Positions 1 through 5,538 of a stretch of DNA of 12,065 nt are shown here, piece after piece. The notes beneath the pieces were generated by a model that was given only the letters and a program-made list of their open reading frames with translations, was not told the origin of the DNA and ran no database searches. This DNA comes from Candidatus Iainarchaeum sp. (GTDB lineage: Archaea > Iainarchaeota > Iainarchaeia > Iainarchaeales > JAFCCJ01), in the NCBI GenBank assembly GCA_043816965.1, contig JBDRHK010000021.1, forward strand, positions 1 through 12,065. Reading direction: 5' to 3'. Each line of letters begins with the position of its first letter. Positions within the stretch are counted from its first letter, which is position 1. The translations under genes were made by a program, and so were the position numbers.

Positions 1-92
1 GCACGCAGTCTGGCTTCCAAAGCAGAAATGCGTTGCTTCAACTCCTCATTTTCCCTGATGAGTTTAAGCTCAAGTTCAGTGTGTTGGGACAC
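1..92 (-). CDS. N-terminus of a probable IS66-family transposase (partial, runs off the window)
   Basis: GTG at 92 gives MSQHTELELKLIRENEELKQRISALEARLR, open to the window edge. This heptad coiled-coil (ENEELKQRISALEARL) is typical of IS66 transposase N-termini. No catalytic residues are in view. Confidence 0.55.
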   Translation of the reverse strand, partial: MSQHTELELKLIRENEELKQRISALEARLR

Positions 93-140
93 AACAGTAA
101 GACGAAGAACTACTATTTCTCATTTTCGGTTAGCAGATAC
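1..140 (-). mobile_element. Probable left end of an IS66-family (ISBst12-like) insertion sequence; the rest lies beyond the window start
   Basis: The minus strand from 140 reads GTATCTGCTAACC, resembling (from recall) the GTAnCTGyTyA termini of ISBst12-group IS66 elements. 48 nt inside it, an ORF with a transposase-type coiled-coil N-terminus begins. The other end is not visible. Confidence 0.55.
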
Positions 141-176
141 GCGAGACAGAAAATATGCCGATTTTCGTGAACTTTG

Positions 177-207
177 TTTTTAAAATAAAAAATGAAGTCA
201 TTATCAT
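177..207 (+). promoter_or_regulatory. TATA box plus putative ArsR operator
   Basis: TTTTTAAA at 177-184, followed by the inverted repeat ATGA-N8-TCAT (192-207) between the TATA box and the SD/start of the ArsR gene. It resembles the ATGA...TCAT core of SmtB/ArsR boxes. Confidence 0.45.
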
Positions 208-218
208 GTGTGGTTAAT

Positions 219-524
219 ATGATGGGCGAAGCTTACCGTTTGTTTTTCAAGTCCTTTTCTAACAGGACAAGGTTTGAGATTATCCAGCTGCTGAGGAAGG
301 ATCCGAGAAATGTGACTGAAATCTGCAAGGCTACTGGTTTTGAGCAGAGCAGGATTTCCCACAATCTGAAATGTTTGGAGGATTGCGGGTTTGTTTCACC
401 CAAAAAAGACGGGAAAAAGAGGATTTATTCTCTGGATGGCAAGTATATAGCCCCGATTCTCGATGACATAGACAAGTACATTGAACGCTATGGAAAGGGG
501 CTCAAAAGCTGCGGGCGCCTGTGA
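219..524 (+). CDS. ArsR/SmtB-family metalloregulator, CmtR-like (alpha4 Cys pair plus C-terminal Cys)
   Basis: ArsR wHTH signature FKSFSNRTRFEIIQLL...NVTEICKATGFEQSRISHNLKCLEDCGFV...DGKKRIYSL. Start placed at ATG 219 (GTGGTT at 210-215) rather than at 192. Confidence 0.92.
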   Translation: MMGEAYRLFFKSFSNRTRFEIIQLLRKDPRNVTEICKATGFEQSRISHNLKCLEDCGFVSPKKDGKKRIYSLDGKYIAPILDDIDKYIERYGKGLKSCGRL

Positions 525-565
525 TGTGGAAGGGATAAAAAAGCTTCTAAACACTAGTGGTTAGA

Positions 566-1486
566 ATGGGCGAAGAAATGTATGATACGGTTATAATTGG
601 CGGCGGTGTTTCGGGCCTTGGTGCCGCAATTTATGCAGGCAGGCTTAATATGAAAACTGCCGTTGTTGCCGAGCAAATGGGCGGAACAATCATCCTGACA
701 AATGACGTTTCAAATTACCCGGGGTTTAAGCAGATTGATGGCCTGGGTTTGGCCAATAAGATTAAGGAGCATGCAAAGGATTATGGCGCGGAAATAATTG
801 ACAAGAAAGTAACTAAGATTGAGAAGTGTGGGGATGGGTGCTTTAAGGTTTTTACAAAGGATGATTTCCTGCACACCAAAACCGTTATTTTTGCCACAGG
901 AACTGAGTGGAAAAAGATGAATGTTCCTGGAGAAAAGGAATTCAGCGGAAATGGGGTGCATTATTGTGGTTTATGTGATGGCGCCCTTTACAAGGGCAAG
1001 GTTTTGGGAATTGTTGGCGGAGGGGATTCGGCCGCAAAGGAGGCATTGCTTCTTGCCGAGTATGGAAAGAAAGTTTATTTAATTTTCAGAAAAGATAAAA
1101 TCAGGGCAGAACCCATAAATCTCAAAAGAGTAACTGAAAATGAGAAGATTGAGCTTATCCCAAAAACAAATGTGGTTGAGATAAAGGGGGATAAGTCAGT
1201 TAATGGCGTTGTTCTTGACAAACCCTATAACGGGTCCAAGGAATTCAAACTGGGTGCAGTGTTTATTGATATCGGGCATATTCCCCTTTCGGATTTGGCC
1301 AAAGAAATCGGTGTGGAAATTAATGAAAAGGGCGAAGTTAAAATTGACAGGGAATCAAGGACTAATGTTGAGGGCTTTTTTGCCGCAGGGGATGTTGCAG
1401 ATAATGTCTTCAAGCAGGCAATAACCGGTGTTGCTGAGGGAGTAGTTGCGGCGCACTCGGTTTATGAATATGTAAAGGAAAAATGA
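566..1486 (+). CDS. trxB: Thioredoxin-disulfide reductase (FAD/NAD(P)H pyridine nucleotide-disulfide oxidoreductase)
   Basis: FAD motif IIGGGVSG, VIFATG, redox motif HYCGLCDG, NAD(P)H motif VGGGDSA and RTNVEGFFAAGDV...KQAITGVAEG. ATG 566 is preceded by GTGGTT; the ORF track starts at GTG 557. Confidence 0.95.
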   Translation: MGEEMYDTVIIGGGVSGLGAAIYAGRLNMKTAVVAEQMGGTIILTNDVSNYPGFKQIDGLGLANKIKEHAKDYGAEIIDKKVTKIEKCGDGCFKVFTKDDFLHTKTVIFATGTEWKKMNVPGEKEFSGNGVHYCGLCDGALYKGKVLGIVGGGDSAAKEALLLAEYGKKVYLIFRKDKIRAEPINLKRVTENEKIELIPKTNVVEIKGDKSVNGVVLDKPYNGSKEFKLGAVFIDIGHIPLSDLAKEIGVEINEKGEVKIDRESRTNVEGFFAAGDVADNVFKQAITGVAEGVVAAHSVYEYVKEK

Positions 1487-1501
1487 ATTAGGGTGGTTGA
1501 G

Positions 1502-1603
1502 ATGAAGGATGAAAATTTCGGAAAACGTGAGCAGGAAAGGAAGATGCGATTTGGGCAGTTCAAAAGCGGAAAAAAACAAAATAAAGGCGAAAAATCAAGG
1601 TAG
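1502..1603 (+). CDS. Putative 33-aa basic small protein (not in the ORF track)
   Basis: MKDENFGKREQERKMRFGQFKSGKKQNKGEKSR*. It has the same GTGGTT-N3-ATG start context as the two upstream genes and fills the gap up to the convergent hel308 stop. Confidence 0.5.
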   Translation: MKDENFGKREQERKMRFGQFKSGKKQNKGEKSR

Positions 1604-1608
1604 TTTTT

Positions 1609-3774
1609 TCAGCTATCAAAAATCGTCTTCTGTTTTTGATTTTGGATTCCCCTGATTTCAACAAGCTGCGCAGGCGTGAATTTCTCACCCAACTGTTCCT
1701 TTACCTTAACCGCTATTGCCGGGGAAATTACTTTTGCCAAATCCTGGACCCTTGTTTTTTTGAGGTCTGCAATCCCCTTAATTCCGGCATTCCATAATCT
1801 CCTTGCCCTCACCCGCCCTATGTTTCTTACTTCAGTGAGGTACACTAACTCCTCTCTTATCCCATATTTCAGCCTTTTTCTTAATTTATTCAGTTCTGGA
1901 AGGTGTTTTTCCATTTTCTGCAGCCTGCTCAGCTCGAACGCACAGTAAACCAGCCAGTCGGCAATCCGTAATTTTGTGTGAAGAATTCCGGGGCGAACAT
2001 TGTATTCTTTAGAAAGGTTTTCTTCTGTCACTTCCCCTAGCCAGTCCTGGAAAAGAAGGGCTGTGTTGAATTTTTTAAGAAGGTCAGGGTCTGAAAACAT
2101 TTCAACATCAACATTTATGGGCAATTTTCCCTTATCTTCCTGAATCTGCTCCCAAAGCTCTGGCTCCTTTTTTTTAGGGACAGTAACAAGCGGGTGCAAT
2201 TCATAGGTGTTTACAAAGGAGAAAAGATAGAAGAGTGTGTTTGTTTTCCCACGGTTCAGGGCGACAATAAGGTCATAGGCACTTTTGGGGTCGAGGTAGA
2301 GTTCACTGACCCTTTTCCCCAAAACTGTCGCGCTAATTCTTTTCTCATCACTTTCAACAAATTTCATTTCTTCCAATTCCTGAATCAGGCCCATAATTTT
2401 CGCAAATAATTCATCAAGCTGCCTGTACTGCACGGCGTAAAATGTTTTCGAGAAGAATTCCTCCATTGAGGCAAGGTCATAAACAAAATTCGAGGCAATT
2501 GCCGCAAGGAGGTGTGTTCTAAGGATTGGTTCTATCCCTAATTTAGAATTCACTTCCTCAATTTCACCGTCGATGTAGGTTTCGAAAAGGTCATCAACCT
2601 CCATTTCATTCTTTGCGATGAGGATTGCTTCGCCGGAGGAATCGTATTTCGGCCGGCCGGCGCGTCCAGCACATTGCTTATACTCTGAAATATTTATGCG
2701 CTGGTTGCCTAGGGAAGTGTATCTATACAAGCTTGGAATTATCACTCTGAATGCTGGTAAGTTGATTCCAGCAGCCAAGGTAGTCGTGCTAGAAAGAACT
2801 TTCAGATAATTCTCCCTGAAAAGTTCCTCTACGATTTCCCTCTGCTTCTGCAAAAGGCCAGCATTATGGAAGCCCACCCCTTTCTCAACCAATTTGGCAA
2901 GCGACCTGCACTGCTCTGTCGGGGATTCAAGGGCATTAAGTATTTTCAGTGCCGAGGTTGTGAGATGCCTTTTCTCATTTGCGTTTAGTTTTTTTTCAAT
3001 TATTGGCGCCAGTTGCTTTGCTATTCCCTCGCTTCGCCTTCTTGTGTTTGCGAAAATCAGTGCCTGTTTTTCCTTTTTTAGGGTGTCTCCAACCAAGGAT
3101 GCTATCGCGTCCCTTTGCGGCTCAATGCCCTCCTTCCTCTCCCTGAAATCAATCTCATCATCGAAATAAACACCTTCACTGAGTTTTACAGGCCTGTAGT
3201 CGGATTCCACAAGTTCCGCATCCAGCCACTTTGCCAGTTCCTTTGCATTTGGGATTGTTGCGCTCAGGGCAAGAACCTGCATCTTCGGGTTCATTATCCT
3301 CAATTTCGTAATCAGCATTTCAAGGGTAGGGCCTCTCCCTGAATCAATCTCGTGGATCTCATCAACAACCAATAAACCAATCTGCTGCAGCCAGTCTGCA
3401 CCATGCCTTGTGAGGGAGTCTAATTTTTCGTAAGTGGTATAAATGATATCATAGGTGGAAAGGTATTTTGAACTGGAATCCAAATCACCAGTACTTTGGC
3501 AAGCCCTTATGTTCAAATACTGCGAATATTTCTTTTTGAAATCGCTGAAATGCTCACTTGCGAGTGCTCTCAAAGGGCAGGTGTAAACCACTTTCCTTTT
3601 TCTTTCAATTATCGAATTCAGGGCTGCGAGTTCAGCTACAACTGTTTTTCCGCTTGCAGTTGGCGCACCCACCACTAAATTCTTATTCTTCCAATCCCTA
3701 TCCAAAACCTTTTTCTGCATAGGGTTGAATCCCGGAAAGGAATTTGCTTCAAGCACCTTATTCTCTAAATCCAT
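1609..3774 (-). CDS. hel308: Ski2-like SF2 DNA helicase Hel308/Hjm
   Basis: Walker A APTASGKT, PLRALASE, TTYEKLD, DEIH, SAT, FHNAGL, TLAAGINLPA, QCAGRAGRP, winged-helix ATVLGKRVSELYLDP and C-terminal HhH IGRVRARRL; 721 aa. Confidence 0.96.
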   Translation of the reverse strand: MDLENKVLEANSFPGFNPMQKKVLDRDWKNKNLVVGAPTASGKTVVAELAALNSIIERKRKVVYTCPLRALASEHFSDFKKKYSQYLNIRACQSTGDLDSSSKYLSTYDIIYTTYEKLDSLTRHGADWLQQIGLLVVDEIHEIDSGRGPTLEMLITKLRIMNPKMQVLALSATIPNAKELAKWLDAELVESDYRPVKLSEGVYFDDEIDFRERKEGIEPQRDAIASLVGDTLKKEKQALIFANTRRRSEGIAKQLAPIIEKKLNANEKRHLTTSALKILNALESPTEQCRSLAKLVEKGVGFHNAGLLQKQREIVEELFRENYLKVLSSTTTLAAGINLPAFRVIIPSLYRYTSLGNQRINISEYKQCAGRAGRPKYDSSGEAILIAKNEMEVDDLFETYIDGEIEEVNSKLGIEPILRTHLLAAIASNFVYDLASMEEFFSKTFYAVQYRQLDELFAKIMGLIQELEEMKFVESDEKRISATVLGKRVSELYLDPKSAYDLIVALNRGKTNTLFYLFSFVNTYELHPLVTVPKKKEPELWEQIQEDKGKLPINVDVEMFSDPDLLKKFNTALLFQDWLGEVTEENLSKEYNVRPGILHTKLRIADWLVYCAFELSRLQKMEKHLPELNKLRKRLKYGIREELVYLTEVRNIGRVRARRLWNAGIKGIADLKKTRVQDLAKVISPAIAVKVKEQLGEKFTPAQLVEIRGIQNQKQKTIFDS

Positions 3775-3792
3775 AAATAGAAAATTAAGAGA

Positions 3793-3975
3793 TTATTTTT
3801 CTGAATGAAATCTTAGCCTTTTCCTGATAAAGCAAAGGGCATTTTCCCAAAGAATTATCTGTTGGGCCTTATGTCTCGCGGTCCCTATTATTACCTTGGG
3901 CTTGCTTATCTTCCTCGCTTCGGCAACAATTTTGTCCCCCTTAATTGCGTCCCCTTCCTCGTAATAAATCTTCAT
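3793..3975 (-). CDS. Small hypothetical protein, possibly a decayed DUF2283-like toxin-antitoxin partner
   Basis: Translationally coupled to the RHH gene by an ATGA overlap (3972-3975). The N-terminus MKIYYEEGD resembles DUF2283 starts (MKIxYDxEgD), but the remainder does not. Confidence 0.35.
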   Translation of the reverse strand: MKIYYEEGDAIKGDKIVAEARKISKPKVIIGTARHKAQQIILWENALCFIRKRLRFHSEK

Positions 3976-4310
3976 TCAATCACATCTAGCCTTTTCTCCT
4001 TAATCAATTCACCTGTTATTTTGAACGCGGTTTCCAGGTCAATCCCCAAATCATTTGCGGCCTCATCAGTATACGCCTCATTATATTTTTCAAAATAACT
4101 GAGGATTTCCTTTTTTGCAGTCTTGTAATCAATATCCCTGAGTTTGATTATTTCTATGCCATCCATCTTTTCCCTTATTGCATCCCTGATGAAATCTGAA
4201 ACGTTCAGGTACATTCCTGCATCCACTAAATTCTGGACCTTTTCATATTCCATATGGGTTAATTTTGTGCCCACTGTTTTTGACTCCTTTTTAGTGTTTC
4301 CTTTAGCCAT
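3972..4310 (-). CDS. Ribbon-helix-helix (CopG/Arc/MetJ) regulator fused to a C-terminal winged-helix domain
   Basis: RHH pattern TVGTKLT...YEKVQNLVDAGMYLNVSDFIRDAIREK, then the HTH-like segment KKEILSYF...AYTDEAANDLGIDLETAFKITGELIKEKRL. Confidence 0.85.
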   Translation of the reverse strand: MAKGNTKKESKTVGTKLTHMEYEKVQNLVDAGMYLNVSDFIRDAIREKMDGIEIIKLRDIDYKTAKKEILSYFEKYNEAYTDEAANDLGIDLETAFKITGELIKEKRLDVIE

Positions 4311-4313
4311 ATC

Positions 4314-4340
4314 ATAGTTATATATTGTTAACTATATAAA
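4314..4340 (-). promoter_or_regulatory. TATA box and inverted-repeat operator of the RHH gene (likely leaderless transcript)
   Basis: Minus-strand TTTATATA at 4340-4333 ends about 23 nt before ATG 4310. A perfect 7-8-7 inverted repeat ATAGTTA-N8-TAACTAT spans 4314-4335. Confidence 0.6.
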
Positions 4341-4342
4341 AC

Positions 4343-4597
4343 TTATGCTGTTTCTGAAATTGTTGCCATTTTCGCCTCTGGCTCTTTCAGAACCAAATAT
4401 TCATAGCTTTTCTGCAGTGCGATGATTGCCTTCGGGATATCGTTGGTTTTAAGGGAATTTGTGGATTTCCACTCATCCTTGTCCTTATAGCGCCTGTCGA
4501 AGGAAACTGAATGGAAACTTCTTCCCTCCTTTCCCTCGTTTTCCCATATCGCAACCTGTATTCCGCCTGCGGAAAATTTCTTTACCGGAGAACTCAT
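4343..4597 (-). CDS. Small putative single-stranded nucleic-acid-binding protein (PC4/SpoVG-like beta-sheet plus helix fold)
   Basis: PVKKFSAGGIQVAIWEN...SFHSVSFDRRYKDKDEWKST...NDIPKAIIALQKSYEYL: four aromatic/basic strands followed by a helix. A strong SD (GGGGGTGA, 4610-4603) supports ATG 4597 over GTG 4606. The ssDNA-binding function is inferred. Confidence 0.7.
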   Translation of the reverse strand: MSSPVKKFSAGGIQVAIWENEGKEGRSFHSVSFDRRYKDKDEWKSTNSLKTNDIPKAIIALQKSYEYLVLKEPEAKMATISETA

Positions 4598-4642
4598 AAT
4601 TTTCACCCCCTAAATTTCACTGAAATAATTGGATTTATTTTA

Positions 4643-4658
4643 TTTATATAGGCTTTCG
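4643..4658 (-). promoter_or_regulatory. BRE-TATA promoter of the PC4-like gene
   Basis: The minus strand reads CGAAAGCC-TATATAAA (4658-4643), the canonical archaeal BRE+TATA arrangement, predicting a start site near 4620 upstream of the SD. Confidence 0.65.
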
Positions 4659-4810
4659 GGGGTGGGTTTCCGGTGCGGAACGGCTATCTCCGTTCACACG
4701 ACCATCCCTGCTTCGCAGGGACATTGCTCACCCCCTTGGGCTCGCTACATGGCTCTATCAGGACATATGACGGCCTATACTGCGCATAAGCCTTGCTCAC
4801 TTCGTTCGCA
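4647..4810 (-). other. GC-rich, multi-hairpin non-coding element (probable structured ssDNA, alternatively an ncRNA)
   Basis: Complementary arms are TATAGGC 4647-4653/GCCTATA 4773-4779, GGGGGTG 4658-4664/CACCCCC 4729-4735, GAACGG 4678-4683/CCGTTC 4690-4695 and TCCCTGC 4705-4711/GCAGGGA 4715-4721. Two minus-strand GCGA...GAGC hairpins lie at 4726-4745 and 4795-4809. Confidence 0.7.
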
Positions 4811-4823
4811 TAAAAATAGACTT

Positions 4824-5483
4824 TTACTTTCGGCCAGCCCATTTCATTATTACCTGCAGGGTGTTTATTTGCGCATCCAAGTTGTCTATTTTCTTGTCAA
4901 TCATTTCGATCTCATTTGAGGAGCGCTCCATGCGAAATGCCTGCAGTTCGTTTGCGTATTTGGCGACCCTCTTGTCTTTTTTATAAACAATGGAATTCTG
5001 CACAGTTTCCGTTAAATTTTTCCTGTATTCAATGTCATTGACAAACATTTTCACCATCGGCTTCCATCGCGGATCGGCGACCAAATGTGCGGGCAGGTTC
5101 ACCGCCTTGGCGTCCTCCCTGTAATCGAAATCTGTCGCATATTTCACCATATGTTTCCAGTAGAGCGGCTCGGCCATTTTTTTCACATTGTTCACAAGAT
5201 GGTAGTTTTCGGCCGCGGAATGCGTTCTCGCCCAGTTCTTTTTTTGGAAAGCAAATTTGTCCCGCAGCTCCTGCAAATCCTTTATCTGGTCCTTCAATCT
5301 CCTTGGAGGCGGATAAATCAATTTCGGCCAGTCCCCATTGCTCCTCCCTACAGAGATTACCCCCCCATTTTTGAAGTAGGTTTTCAGGGCGGCAATTCTA
5401 TCCTCTCCCCCATTCGCCATAAATGGCTGTTCAGAGAACTGTTCGGAGAATTTCGCAAAACTCGATATAATATGGCTGGCCAT
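4824..5483 (-). CDS. Hypothetical helical/coiled-coil protein
   Basis: Long ORF with helical heptads at both ends. Start placed at ATG 5483 because the minus-strand BRE/TATA GAAAAAGTTTAATAA (5520-5506) lies about 23 nt upstream; the ORF track starts at 5522. Confidence 0.8.
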   Translation of the reverse strand: MASHIISSFAKFSEQFSEQPFMANGGEDRIAALKTYFKNGGVISVGRSNGDWPKLIYPPPRRLKDQIKDLQELRDKFAFQKKNWARTHSAAENYHLVNNVKKMAEPLYWKHMVKYATDFDYREDAKAVNLPAHLVADPRWKPMVKMFVNDIEYRKNLTETVQNSIVYKKDKRVAKYANELQAFRMERSSNEIEMIDKKIDNLDAQINTLQVIMKWAGRK

Positions 5484-5538
5484 TAGAAGAATAAGCCTCC
5501 TATGGTTATTAAACTTTTTCATTGGTTAAAGTTAGTTT

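Noticed and set aside
3872..3880. Minus-strand CGCGAGACA matching 140-148 next to the IS end
   Set aside because: Inverted orientation and wrong side for a target-site duplication; a 9-bp match is compatible with chance.
4647..4810. tRNA, 5S rRNA, SRP or RNase P identity for the structured element
   Set aside because: No cloverleaf with D and T arms and an acceptor stem (the GTTC-like strings are not in a T-arm context), and no recognisable 5S, SRP or RNase P conserved motifs.
4647..4810. Retron msr-msd, DGR hairpin or integron attC
   Set aside because: No reverse transcriptase, TR/VR pair or integrase in the window, and no RYYYAAC...GTTRRRY boundaries. A trans-acting partner cannot be excluded.
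4629..4919. 96-aa plus-strand ORF across the structured element
   Set aside because: TTG start without an SD, atypical composition and antisense overlap with the 4824-5483 gene; better explained as an incidental frame in GC-rich structured DNA.
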